The notes under the pieces are model-generated. The model was given only the letters and a program-made list of their open reading frames with translations, searched no databases and was not told the DNA's origin. This document shows positions 23,963 through 36,430 of a stretch of 60,066 bases of DNA, in pieces. The position numbers were made by a program, and so were the translations under genes. Position 1 is the stretch's first letter, and each line of letters begins with the position of its first letter. Source of the DNA: Octopus bimaculoides (taxonomy: Eukaryota); contig NC_069004.1 in assembly GCF_001194135.2 (NCBI RefSeq), positions 22,467,987 through 22,528,052 on the forward strand, in the 5' to 3' direction.

Positions 23963-24170
23963 GAGCTGGCAGAATTGTTAGCATGCTGAGCAAAATGCTT
24001 AGTGGCATTTCATCTGACTTTACATTCCGAGTTCAAATTCTGTCAAGGTCAACTTTGCCTTTCATCCTTTCAGGGTTAATAAAATAAGTACCAGGTAAAT
24101 ACTGGGGTCAATGTAATTGATTTATCCCCTACCCCAAAATTTGCTGGCCTTGTGCCAGAATTAGAAGTCA
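23963..24170 (+). mobile_element. SINE family B
   Basis: Contains GAGCTGGCAGAATTGTTAGCATGC..GCCTTTCATCCTTTCAGGGTTAATAAAATAAGTACCAGG. Confidence 0.8.
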
Positions 24171-24179
24171 TTATTACAA

Positions 24180-24360
24180 CACAGGGGCAGCTGTATGATA
24201 AGAAGTTTGCTCCCCAGCTACATGGTCTTGGGTTCAGTCCCATTGCATGGCACTGTGGGCAAGTATCTTCTATTATAGCCCCAGATCAAACAAAATCTTG
24301 TGAGTGGATTTGGTAGACAGAAACAGAAAGAAGCTCATTGTGTGTGTGTAGCTATCTCCT
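24180..24360 (+). mobile_element. SINE family A, 5' half
   Basis: A tRNA-like head, then GGGCAAGTATCTTCTATTATAGCC, then (TG)n. Confidence 0.75.
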
Positions 24361-25707
24361 TACCTTGATTTTGCACAGTAGTTGTAAACAATTCTATCAT
24401 ACAACTGGTGCCCTTCATTTTCAGTCTTTAATGAAAATATGGCTTGTCATGGAGGAATTTCACCTTATTTGAAAGCAGGTGAAAGCTAGTGACAGAAAGG
24501 GCATCCAGCCATAGAAAGTCCACTTCAACAAATTCTGTTTGACCCATGCAAGCATGGGCAAGTGGATGTCAAAACAATGATGATAATATAATTTGAGAGA
24601 GATTAAGTGACTGTTTCTAGCATATCATGCAATCATTTAGAGACTTTCTTTCATTGCTTAAATTTTTACAGTGTTGTTATTTAGTTTCAGGTTTGCTTTG
24701 ATTTGGCAGACTTATGATCAAAGGCATTCTGTGACCATCCTGTCTATTTTTCAGACATGGTCTAGTTAAGACAACCTTACTGAAAGTTTCCTTCACTTTT
24801 TAAGATAGCAGGGCATGATTTGAGGAAGATTTAGCTATTATTCTAGCAAGTCAAAAGACCATTTTTTCTAGTTTTATATACATAATTGGTTGGTATACTG
24901 CATCACTTGGTGTAACACCACCATCTGACTTCTTTGTGTCTTTAACAGAGTCCCCTATATTGTAATCATCCTGACCAAATCTCCAGTCTATGGTTAGCTT
25001 GCCTGATGTCCTTATGTTGTGTTCTACTTCAGTAACGACCCATATGTTGGGGTTACTCCCTTACTTTACTCCATCAGAGGTGAAAGTGCATAAGAGAAAG
25101 GGCTCTGAAGTATTTGTTCTGGCTCTCTGCATGCTGCATTCAAATCTCACCAAGATCCTCTTTGCTTTTCAGATTTTTTGGGATCGATAAAACAAAATAC
25201 TAGTCCATAGGGGTGTGTGTGTGTATGCACACACAAACAAACACACACACACACACACATACACACATTGTTTCTGTCTCACTTATTATTTACATAAGCT
25301 TTTATCATAGAGTTAAGAAGGCCACAATTTCAGTGCCTTCTAGGAATTCTGATTGGAAACAGTTACTTCATAAAAAATGTTGTAGTAAAAGATCTACTTA
25401 GTCAACTATGAAACTGTATATAGCAAAAATGACCAAGGATATACCATCTCACTATATTCATAAAGACTCAATAAAGGAACTTCTAAATTATGTCTAGTAA
25501 TGTATGATGCTTATACATTTGTATATGCACAGTGTTTGAAATGTATATTATATGTGTGTATTGCAATTATGCATATTTTAGCACATGAAAATTGTAATAT
25601 ATTTTATATTGAAGCTCATATTAACCTAAGGAAATATATGGAGTGGATGCATATTGAATATAACTTGTACATTGTGATGCATATGTGTTTCTCTATAACA
25701 GCTGTGC

Positions 25708-25738
<31 letters not shown>

Positions 25739-25743
25739 GAGAG

Positions 25744-26183
25744 AGAAAGATAGTTATGACCGGTTCGTAGGGTTACCCAGGGTTTCACGTCTTCATATCC
25801 ATAAAGTGCTTACCTTTACATACGTCTCATCGGACCCTAATGGCTGGTGGCCTATAATCTCTCTTCAAAATGGAGGCGTCGTGACCAGTTTTTGAACACA
25901 CAGACAAAAGAGAAAAGTCAAGCGCAAGGGGTTGTTTCCCTTAGATAACTATCCGGAATCCACCCAATCAGCTAACAGGTCCCAGGATGGATTCCAGATA
26001 GTGGTCTAAGGGGGGACAATCCTTTGTGCTTGACCTGTCTCCTTTGTGTGTATGTTCAAAAAGAGTTTTGAAGAGAGGTTATAGGCCACTGACTATTAGG
26101 GTCTGATGAGAAGTATGTAAAGCTAAGTACTTTATAGACACGAAAGATAGTTATGCCTGTGAACCAGCCATAACTATCTTTCT
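25744..26183. mobile_element. 440-bp fold-back element with a hammerhead module in each arm (inverted pLTR-like)
   Basis: Arms 25744-25962 and 25988-26183 are roughly 80% reverse-complementary around a 25-nt spacer. It adjoins (TA)n(CA)n(GA)n. Confidence 0.8.
25768..25839 (-). ncRNA. Type I hammerhead ribozyme (minus strand)
   Basis: The minus strand reads TAGGGT | CCGATGA | G ACGT..ACGT | GAAA CCC T GGG TA | ACCCTA. Stem I is a perfect 6 bp, helix III is quasi-palindromic and the cleavage triplet is GUA. One unpaired G precedes stem II. Confidence 0.75.
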
Positions 26184-26689
26184 GTAAATACTCTACTGCT
26201 CTATAACTTAGAGTGCCATTCTATTTTTTTTTTTTTTTTGATGTTCTGAGTTCTGAGTTCAAATCCTCTCGATGTCAACTTTACCTGTCATCATTTTGTG
26301 GTCAATAAAGTACTGATTGAATATTGTGTTCAATTTTAATTGAATTATATTTCTAAATACACCCCCATATTTGTGGTCTTGTGACCATATTGGAAATGAA
26401 TATTTACTAGATATTTATGGAGGTAAATATTTAGAAGAATCATTATTGTTTAACCCTCAGGTCAGTTCTGGTATGATCAGAGTTGTTCCAATCCTGATCC
26501 TCTCATCTTTCTAGACATTATATCTAGGATCATATTATCAAGTGACTTTTTTTGTTCTACCCAAGATAGTAGGGTGTGATTTTCCATTTTGCGTTCAAAT
26601 ATCACTGGAATCAATTTTGACTTTCATTCTTGTCGGTTTGATAAAAATGATGTACCAGTATAGTACACATAAATAAAATGAGTGTACTG

Positions 26690-27043
26690 AAGGATGACCT
26701 CAGAACACTGAACCTTTTAGATGAGATGGCAAAGGACCGTGGCACCTTGCTGTCCTCAAGAAGACCCATACTCCACAGCAGAAGTATTAAGGCCACTCCT
26801 CCTGATGAAGAGAATTAGCCTGCAAGAATCTTGTGCCAGTGCCATGTAAAAGCACTTGTGTAGTGCCATGTAAAAGCCCCCAGCACACTGTAAAGTGGTT
26901 GGCATTTGGAAGGGCATCCAGCTGTAGAAATCATGGCAAATCAGACTGGAGCCTGGTGCAGCTCTCCAGCTTGCCATCTCTGGTCAAACCATTCAACCCA
27001 TGCCAGCATGGACAATGGACATTAAATGATGATGATGATGATG
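26690..27043 (+). mobile_element. 5'-truncated RTE (ORF C-terminus DDLRTLNL.. plus 3' UTR hairpin repeats and (GAT)n tail)
   Basis: Begins AAGGATGACCTCAGAACACTGAAC, carries AGTGCCATGTAAAAGCACT repeats and ends in the shared tail. Confidence 0.8.
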
Positions 27044-28301
27044 AAACAAAATGAATGCACTTTTTGTCTATGTAAGGTATCTTTTCTTCACAATTGATTC
27101 TGTGTAAACCCTGCTATTTTTATAATTTCTTCTTGTAATGTCTCCTCCATGCTTTACCCTTTATGACAAATAAAGAAATTTATTTTCCTTGTTCGATTCA
27201 AATGTCACTGAGAATGAATTTGCCTTTCATCCTTTCAGGGATGATAAAATAAGTAACTGGGAGCATGTGTATGTGTGTGTGTGGGGGGGTGGGGTGTCAA
27301 TCTAATCGATTCCTCCCCCCTCAAAATTGCTTGCCTTATGTCAAAATTAGAAAGGATTATCATTTTGATGGAAACTCAGCTTATTTTGTTGGGTATGATG
27401 GAAAGTGTCAGCTTCCCACAGCCAGTAGACTAAGGTAACACTTATTTGCTGATCATGCTTCAAGAACCCTCTGAAGAACTCTAGTAGTTCCAAACAAAGA
27501 TTATTTTTGTTGTTGTTATTATTATCATTATTATTTCTTTTTAAGTTATAGCATAGCTTTGTTTTTCTCTTCTTTTTTCTCTATCTTTCTCTTTTTGGGT
27601 TTTGCTAATTTGCAATTTGCGTGAAGTTTAGGAGAAAAATAGGATTTATAGCTTGTTGCTGGGTTTTAAAATTTACTTTGCAAGAGGAGAACAACTTCAT
27701 AGACCTAGATGTTGGTTGACTGTTTATTTCTGTATGTTTATTTTGACTTGTAATGGTGATGGTGGAACAGTGATAGTGGTGGAACAGTGATAGGTAGTGG
27801 AAATAGGATGTTGGATTGAGAGAGAGGGAGAGAGAGAGAGGGTAAGAGGAGGTAAAAAAGGAGTACAAATGGAAGTTAAGAGAGATTGAATATGAGTAAA
27901 TTAATAGGTAGTATATAGAGTGAATGTTAAGAAAGACAAATACAGAATAAGAAAAACAGAAAGAAAGAGAAAGAAGGGAAATTGTAAGAGACAGGTTTAG
28001 CTAGAGGGTGTCTAAGAAACAAGCCAAGTCTCAGAGAGAAAGAGAGAGCAAATAACAATTTCTGTTCTACTCAAAGAATTGACTGCCTTTGGCATAATTT
28101 TACCTAAGATCTTTTATTAGATGAAATTATATAGTTGCACATCCATCATAGTTTGGAGTTTCTACAGTGGTGGTTTCAATTCATCTGTGTTTTGGTAATG
28201 ATTACCAAATTTATTATGTCATAGAACCTTTATACAATTTTCCAAAATTCTCAGCTATCATTCCTATATTTTATGGACGACTCCCACTATATTGATTTTA
28301 A

Positions 28302-28444
28302 CCTTTTAGCATTTAAACCAGCCACCCTACAATGTCATTGTAAAAATAAACAATCACATCATCCAAATCTCAAAGCTATGAGATAATGTGATTAATTAAT
28401 AAAAGTGTAAATAAATAAGCATCACATTGACAGAACGCTAAAGG
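28302..28444. mobile_element. piggyBac-type MITE (short form)
   Basis: Has TTAA flanks (28298-28301 and 28445-28448) and termini CCTTTTAGC..GCTAAAGG. The interior is homologous to 34225-34444. Confidence 0.75.
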
Positions 28445-29157
28445 TTAATAAAACATTAAATGAAACAAAATTTCTTTTAAAGATAGAAAATTTAAATAAT
28501 AATAAAGGAGTGGAATTGGACCAGTGTGTGTGTTATTAATATTGGCATAATGACTCTCTAGACACAACAGAATTTAAAAAATTAAAAAAAAAAACAACCT
28601 TATTTAGAAAATGGTGAAATGCATTCCCTTAGGAAATAAATTTTTATTAAATTTTATTATTGTACCTTATATCATGGAATCCCAGAATTTTTACATAGAG
28701 CCCTGGGGTTCCTTGGAACCCTCTTCAGGAAACATGGATCTATAGTCTCACCTCCACCTTAGTGCTAAGTTTCTTCAATGGAGAAGTCATAATTGCAGAT
28801 TTGATTTTTATCTCTCAACCTCTCTTCTTCAGTTCATTCTTAAACCATCAGGTCAATGAAAGACCCTTTAGAGACTGCCTTGGTCAATGTGTTGTGTTTG
28901 TCAAAATTTCCATGAGAATACAAAGATGGTTTCTTGTTAATTTCCTTTGGGTATTTTTTTTACATTTAAATAGATCTACTTTTACAAATTGGCAGAGTTG
29001 TTATTCTATTGGATAGAATACCATATAGTAGGAGGTGTTATGTAGTGGACTTGAACTTGGAATTATGTTACTGCAAAACAAACTTCTTAACCATACAGTC
29101 ATGTGTCAATTTCCAGTACAGCAACACTAAAAAATAAAATGAAATAAAAAGACATAT

Positions 29158-29525
29158 AGGTGCAAGTATGGCTGTGTAGTTAAGGCTTTTACTTTATAAT
29201 CATGTGGTTCTAGGTTCAGTCCCCTTGCATGGCGCCTTGGGCAAGTGTCTTCCATCATTGTCATTGAGTATTACTGTTTGAGTAGACAATAGTAAATGGA
29301 AGCAGTACAGAAATGTGTGTGTGTGTATTTGCATTTGTGTTTATATATCCTTGTGTAGAATGGTACATCAAATTGTGTTCCTTTATGTTGAAATGTATTC
29401 AATGAACAGAGATTGATGAAATGTATTCCTGACTGAAGTAAGTACAGGGATCAACATGATTAACTAAAGAAACCTTTAAGGACAGTGCCCTACTAAGGCT
29501 GCAGTCCTGTGACTGAAACCAACAG
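29158..29525 (+). mobile_element. SINE family A, diverged
   Basis: The head, GGCGCCTTGGGCAAGTGTCTTC and the 3' end GTGACTGAAAC are all recognisable. Confidence 0.7.
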
Positions 29526-29544
29526 TGAAAGAATAGAGGACAAA

Positions 29545-29918
29545 GATATCTGGTGCCTTGCTGTACTCAAAAAGACCTGTCCTCCACAGCAGAAGTGTCA
29601 ACGTCACTGCCCCCTGCTGAAGTGGATTAACCTATAAGAGCCCTGTGCTGGTGCAACATAAAAAGCATCTGTACCAGCACAATGTAACAGCTCCCATGCT
29701 GGTGCCCCATAAAAGCACCTGTGCCGGTGCGGCTTAAAACCATCCAGCATACTCTGTAAAGTGGCTGGCATTAGGAAAGACATCCAGCCATAGAAACTTA
29801 AGCCAAATCAGAATGGAACCTGGTGCAGCTCTCTGACTTGCCAGTTCTGGTCAAACCTCCCAACCGATGCCAGCATGGACAATGGACATTAAAGGATGAT
29901 GATGATGATGATAATGAT
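29545..29918 (+). mobile_element. 5'-truncated RTE 3' end with hairpin repeats and (GAT)n tail
   Basis: Homologous to 26690-27043 and 59585-59855. Confidence 0.75.
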
Positions 29919-30749
29919 GAATAGACAACAAATTGCTGCATTGTACTCCATGCTTTAGGGTATACAGTGTTGTTACTGTGGAGCCAGGACACGAGATGTT
30001 TTGTCACAACCATTTTGGTGTCACTGATTTGATGCTGACTTATTTGACACCAGGCATTTTAATGTTTCTCTTGTTTTGTGTGTGTGTGTGTGTGTAAATA
30101 TCTAGTTATCACATCTTGATGTGTGTGAAAATCTAGCTATGTTTATATATACGTGTATTGTTTTTTTCTCATTGTATCTGTTTGTGCATATTTTGGTGCA
30201 TGCTCATGCATGTGTGTGTATGTTTGCCTCTACTGTCAAAATGTACTGTCCAGTCAGTCATGCTAAATTGTTAGCATCCAAGTAGCCAGGCTCAATCGTC
30301 TCATCCCATGTAGATCATTAGAATGGAGTAGATCTATGATTGAAATTCATACCTCTTCTTTTTTGTTTATTTTGTAGGAAATGTATACAGGACCATATTA
30401 TTCTACATGTTTTTTTTTAAGACTATAGGGTGTGAGTTGATAATTTGGTTCCTATTTCTAACAGAATGAGAACTGACTTAGTGGTTCCCTCTTTGGTTTA
30501 TGATGTCATAACTAGTTTTCTGCATTTGTGAGTCACTTTCAATTATGCTTTTATTTCTACATGCCTCAGTTTCCATAGCTTGATGAGAGTAGGTACCAGG
30601 TCCTCTAGCCATGTTAACCAACTATAGACTGGTATTCACTTAAGGCTCATCATTCATTCAGTGTGCTATAGCCATCAAGGGCTATTGACATTTTACATTT
30701 GCAAGATTTTGAGGTTAATAGTTTGGAGTATGTCACTCTGCAGCAAACT

Positions 30750-30885
30750 CATTTTCAGCAAAGTGAACTGGACTAAGGTGAAATGAAGTACCTTGCCCAA
30801 TGATACATTGAGCCATCAATCTTGGAATCAAACTCACAAGCTTATGATCATGAGTCCAACAGCTTGACCACTATGCATATGTCTT
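30750..30885 (-). mobile_element. Second tRNA/CORE-like SINE family, fragment
   Basis: The minus strand reads GCATAGTGGTCAAG..GTGAGTTTGATTCC..CATTGGGCAAGGTACTTCATTTCAC (A box, B box and CORE-like motif). Confidence 0.5.
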
Positions 30886-31584
30886 CACCTCTTAATGTTA
30901 TAGACACTTAAAAACAGGCCTCAGTTCAAAGCCTCTTTGCAGAAAAAATGATGTATTGCTTTAACAACAACAGTTACAGAAATCTTAAATCATGTCCTAA
31001 TTACCCCATGTTTGAAGCTTTCAAGCATGTTATTATATTTAGGTAGATCCACTTCTGTCATGAACTGTTTTAGTAAAAAAAGTGTCCAAGAAATACTTTT
31101 TCTTCACACTAAAAGGTTCTAGTGCAACTACTTTTTATCCAAGAATCTACACAAGTTGAAAACCAGGTCATGACTGCCCACATACCGCTCAGCATTACTA
31201 AAAAACTACATGAGCTAACAAGAGAAACTTCTATACAGTTACTTGAGCTACTAAAGACAATAACTAAATTTTCCTCAAATTGCATTTCACTAGCTTAAAA
31301 AATGGATGGGTGCACTAGATAACTCAGTCTTAGAGATTATCTAAAAATGAAAAGCAAAAAAACATGCTGGTCACAGCTAGAATACCTTTGATCAAATATC
31401 ACTCACAAACACACATTCTTGAAGCTTCTCTCAAGAAATGTTATGAGGTTGGCATTGGTTAATCTCATCTTGATTTTTTGTAGTTAAGCATCCACTTGTT
31501 GGGACAGCATGAAAAAAATATCCTGTTGGTGCATTTCTGTACTTGATAAGCTCTGTCCATTGCAATACAATTGAGATTTTAAAA

Positions 31585-31836
31585 CCAAGGTGCCATGTAA
31601 AAAGCATTGGTGTGGGTGCTGGTGCCATGTAAAAAAGCACTGGTGATAGTGCCACATAAAAAGCACCCACTACACTCTGTAAAGTGGTGGTGTCAGGGGG
31701 ACATCCAACCATAGAAACCAAGCCAAAACAGACTATGGAGCCTAGTGTGGCCCCTGGCCTTGCTTGTCCCTGTCAAGCTGTCCAAGCCATGCCAGCATGG
31801 AAAATGGACATTAAATGTTGATGATGATGATGATGA
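31585..31836 (+). mobile_element. RTE 3' UTR fragment (three hairpin units and tail)
   Basis: Three GGTGCCATGTAAAAAGCA-like units, then CCAAGCCATGCCAGCATGG and (GAT)n. Confidence 0.75.
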
Positions 31837-32569
31837 TCTTTCAGTTAATTCTTGAATAAAATGAGGAATTTGTTATTGCATTGAATTTATCTTATATTTT
31901 TAATTATTAAAGAGAAAAAAAACTGTTTTAAATTGACATTAGAATGTTTTCTTAATTTACATTTGAATAAAATAGCATACAAAATATAAAAGAAAACTTC
32001 TCGTAATATAATTTAAATGGAACAGAACTAAGTTAGATACTTTATTGGCATTACTAATAAAAGAAATGGTTTGTGGACCACTACAAGTCTGTGAGTCAGC
32101 AGTTACTGATCCAAGGATACCTAGAGGTCAGCCTTGATTGTTAGGAAGGAAATATTTGCATATTTTATTAATTGTGTGAAAAATTGTTCTGTATCGTACT
32201 CAATGGTTATTGGTAGTACATATTGACTGATTATTAAATTCCCTGTTTGTCTATTATTGCAGCTGTTCAAGGCTACAGATTGTCTATTGATGTAACAATT
32301 AATACTTCAACTGCAATATGTCTATATGTGGACAAATCTTAAGTTTCACTGGTGCAGTATATCTAGCTTTAACTCTTTAAATACCAACTCACCCAAGTAC
32401 CAAACAAGCTAGTTTTATGATACACATCTGCATGTTTTAAAAATGTTCATATTCTAATGAGGTTTTCATCTTGATTTTAAGTCACATTCCCAACATTAGC
32501 TTTAATAAAGATAAAGTTAGTCATTTTGCTAAATCATTCCAATTCCTTGATTATTTTCAAATTTAACAT

Positions 32570-32713
32570 TGTGAGAAGTTTGATTCTCAACCACATGATT
32601 CCGTGTTTGGTTCCACTGCATGGCACTTTGGGTAAGCATCTTCATTTAAAGCCTCCGGCCAACCAAAGCCTTGTGAATAGATTTGATAGACAGAAACTGA
32701 AAGAAGTCCATCT

Positions 32714-32755
<42 letters not shown>

Positions 32756-32970
32756 TGTCTGAGGATGTCTTCCACCACTGCTTGACAACTGGTGTTGTGT
32801 TTACATCCCTGTAACTTAGTGGTTCAGTAAAAGAGACTTATCGAATAAGTACCTGACTTGAAAAAAAAAAAAGTACTGGAGTCAATGCTTTCAACTAAAA
32901 GTTCTTCAAGATGGTACCTTAGTCTAATGGCTGTAGTCTAATGACTGAAACAAGTAAAAGGTAAAAAGGA
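32570..32970 (+). mobile_element. SINE family A
   Basis: Contains GGCACTTTGGGTAAGCATCTTC, (TG)n and a 3' end AATGACTGAAACAAGTAAAAG. Confidence 0.8.
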
Positions 32971-34224
32971 AATTGAAAGGGTTGGCATCAGGAAGGATAC
33001 CTGATCATAAACCATTGCCTCAAAAAGTCCTGTCCAACCCATTTCAGCATGAACATAATAATGATGATACTCTTCATAATTTACTGATGCCAGAACAATA
33101 GTATTTATATATTCATTACATGGAGCATTGAAAAATTACTTAGAAATCAATATGTAGTTAGTGAAAAAAAAGCTATAAAAACACTGTACCGAACCATCTG
33201 TTCCTGTGACTAACATGTCATCTTATTCAGAATAATTTAATTTCTAAATATTTTCATTTTCCTTCTCAAACAATTTTGTACATTTTATTAGGTAAGAGTG
33301 TAGTTGTGGTTTTGAAGTTCTGTCCCACTGCATGGTATCTTGGGCAAGTGTTTAATGTTTATTAGGCCTAAGTCAGTCCACATCAAAGAGGACATTTGAT
33401 CAAAGATGTTCCAACCATGTTCGTCACATTTAACAACCATTTCTTGCGGGTTGCAGTTCCCTCATTGACTTCTCAAAGAGAATTCCATGGGCTGGTACTT
33501 AGTGCCAGTCTTGTTGTGTTAAGAGAAAAGTGAGACAAATCTTTCTCAGAGTTGGAACATTGGGTTATTTGGGGCAACATTCCAAGATGATCTGCTACCT
33601 AATCCAGCCATCAATCTGTACCAAGGCATGTAGAATTAAGGGACCATTTAAATTGTGGTTTTGAACTCAAAACTCTTGAATTGTTTCTACTAAATATTAC
33701 ATCCACTTAACCACTCTTTGTTGTATTCCTTCTGAACTGGACAAAATGCATTTAGTTTCATCCCTTCCCTATATTGAAAATTTAAATCCCGCCACATGAT
33801 TTTATTATGTCATTTGTTCTTTATTGCTGAAATAAGTAGCAGTAATATACTGGGGTTGGTATGTGATGGGTGGGAGTCGGGGTGGGGTCAGTTCAGTTGA
33901 CAATCATTATCATTGCTATCATCAAGTTGAGACCAAGGGCAACTTGAGCTATCAAGAAGGCCCTTCTGAATTGGAAATAGAGTATTGGGAAGTTGCTAAC
34001 TCCTACCCATGTTATCATGATGTAGAAAAGCCTACCTTGAAAGATGAGGGAGGGATCTCTTGGGACTGAAGTCCCAACCTGTGTAGTGATGTTCAGTTGT
34101 GGAGGAAATTGATGTAGTTTCAAATCATACCAAGTATCATTTCAGTAACAAAATGACCAAGTCAACTGGATGTACTAAACTGTTGCAGCTATCTTCTGCC
34201 ATTACAGTTGTAGGGAGTATTTAA

Positions 34225-34444
34225 CCCATTAACATTTAAACTGGCCATATCTGGCCAAAACCTCTTACCTGTTTTATGTTCAAACTGGCCAGATTTGGCC
34301 TTTCACATCAACCCAACAATGTCATTCTAAAAATATACAGTTACATCATCGAAATCTCAAAGCTACAAGACAATGCATGATTAATTCAAAACAATGTAAA
34401 TAAATAAGCATTGCATTTGACAAAGGAATCTGAATGCTAAAGGG
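34225..34444. mobile_element. piggyBac-type MITE (long form)
   Basis: Reads TTAA|CCCATTAACATT..AATGCTAAAGGG|TTAA. Confidence 0.8.
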
Positions 34445-34590
34445 TTAACACACTTCCACTGAACTTTAGACTTCACAGTAACCTTACCACGGGAATGGAA
34501 TGATATGATTGGGTGCAGCTGTTTGGACACTGATGATTTAGTATGGCTGACTGGAGATTGGACCTGTTTTGGTGACAACCCATTTTGATA

Positions 34591-35585
34591 CTGGAGGTAA
34601 GTATCAGATCACTGAGAATGAAATGTCCAATTTTGAACTGAAAGTGTATTTTACTTTATCTCAACAAAAAGTAATGCACTTAATCAAAGTATGCATCTAA
34701 TTATCAACACAATTTTGCCATTTTATCAGTAGCTTATTTATGCCAGCAGCGAAGAATTCTGGAGAGCAAAAAGTGATGAAATCACAAAAGCTGTTTCTGC
34801 ATCTTCTTCAGATTTGAAGTTTTTTCTTTTCATAAAGTTGTCTAATGCCTGAAAAATATGATAGTCAGTTGGTGTAAGGTCTGGTGAATATGGTAAATGA
34901 CAGAGTACTTCCAAGTTCAGTTCTTGTAACTTGAGCAGCGTTCTTTGTGCAACGTGATCAAGCATTGTCTTGCAAGAGAATTGGCCGGTCTCTATTGACC
35001 AAACTCAGTTGTTTAATTACAAGTCCACTCATCATTTCCTCCAATTGGTTGATGTAGACATCCGGTGTATTTGACTTACCAGGTCTTATGAAGCTGTAGT
35101 GGATGACACCATTAGCTTTCTTTTGGTGAATATTCTTTTTTGGATTGTGTTTTGGCATTTTGTCTGTATCCAACCACCATGTAGAACATTTGCTATTGTT
35201 GAAAAGAATCCATTTTTCATCACACATAAGAATATGATGCAAAAACGGTTCACTTTTATGCTGAAACAACAAAGAACAGCAAGTTCCAAGACAATGTGTC
35301 ATTTGATGCTCGTTCTGTTTGTGTGGTACCCACTTGTCCAGCTTCTTTACCTTCCTGATTTGTTTCAGAGGGTCCAATACAGTTGGAATCGAAACATCAA
35401 ACCTTGCTGCTAACTCATCTGTAGTTTGAGATGTATCTGCTTCCACTACAGTTTCTAGCTCATCATTATCCACCTTGTTCTCAGGTCTACCACAGGGCTG
35501 ATTTTCAAGGGTAAAGTCACCAAACCAGAACTTCTCGACATACAGTGTGCTCATTCGCCAGATCTTCACCAAACACCTCATTGAT
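34591..35585 (-). mobile_element. Mariner (cecropia/Hsmar1-like) relic; 5' end lost in an N-gap
   Basis: Reads GRPENKVDNDEL..KKLDKWVPH..CDEKWILFNN..PILLQDNA and HLPYSPDLTPTDYHIF, with a small deletion and stops. Confidence 0.88.
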
Positions 35586-36267
35586 NNNNNNNNNNNNNNN
35601 NNNNNNNNNNNNNNNNNNNNNNNNNNNNNNNNNNNNNNNNNNNNNNNNNNNNNNNNNNNNNNNNNNNNNNNNNNNNNNNNNNNNNNNNNNNNNNNNNNNN
35701 NNNNNNNNNNNNNNNNNNNNNNNNNNNNNNNNNNNNNNNNNNNNNNNNNNNNNNNNNNNNNNNNNNNNNNNNNNNNNNNNNNNNNNNNNNNNNNNNNNNN
35801 NNNNNNNNNNNNNNNNNNNNNNNNNNNNNNNNNNNNNNNNNNNNNNNNNNNNNNNNNNNNNNNNNNNNNNNNNNNNNNNNNNNNNNNNNNNNNNNNNNNN
35901 NNNNNNNNNNNNNNNNNNNNNNNNNNNNNNNNNNNNNNNNNNNNNNNNNNNNNNNNNNNNNNNNNNNNNNNNNNNNNNNNNNNNNNNNNNNNNNNNNNNN
36001 NNNNNNNNNNNNNNNNNNNNNNNNNNNNNNNNNNNNNNNNNNNNNNNNNNNNNNNNNNNNNNNNNNNNNNNNNNNNNNNNNNNNNNNNNNNNNNNNNNNN
36101 NNNNNNNNNNNNNNNNNNNNNNNNNNNNNNNNNNNNNNNNNNNNNNNNNNNNNNNNNNNNNNNNNNNNNNNNNNNNNNNNNNNNNNNNNNNNNNNNNNNN
36201 NNNNNNNNNNNNNNNNNNNNNNNNNNNNNNNNNNNNNNNNNNNNNNNNNNNNNNNNNNNNNNNNNAG
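35586..36267. other. Assembly gap (N run); other gaps at 956-965, 2145-2154, 2763-3058, 12618-12658, 16648-17007, 17906-18130 and 57407-58086
   Basis: N runs read directly; most are flanked by microsatellites. Confidence 0.97.
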
Positions 36268-36430
36268 GGCTAAGTCAATTAAATTGACCCTCAGTGCTCA
36301 ACTGGTACCTATTTTATCAACTCTGAAAGGATGAAAGTTAATCTTGGAGGAATTTGAACTCAAAACATAAAGATGGCCAAAATGCTGCTAAGCATTTTGC
36401 TTGCTGTGCTAATAATTCTGCAAGTTTGAT
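36268..36430 (-). mobile_element. SINE family B (minus), partial
   Basis: Reverse complement of GAGTTCAAATTCC..CTTTCATCCTTTCAGAGTTGATAAAATAGGTACCAG. Confidence 0.7.

Noticed and set aside
26097-26183. Right-arm CTGATGA..GAAA with a new 10-bp helix as an active hammerhead
   Set aside because: Stem II is mostly unpaired, and the sequence after the would-be cleavage site (TCTGTA) cannot pair with TAGGGT.
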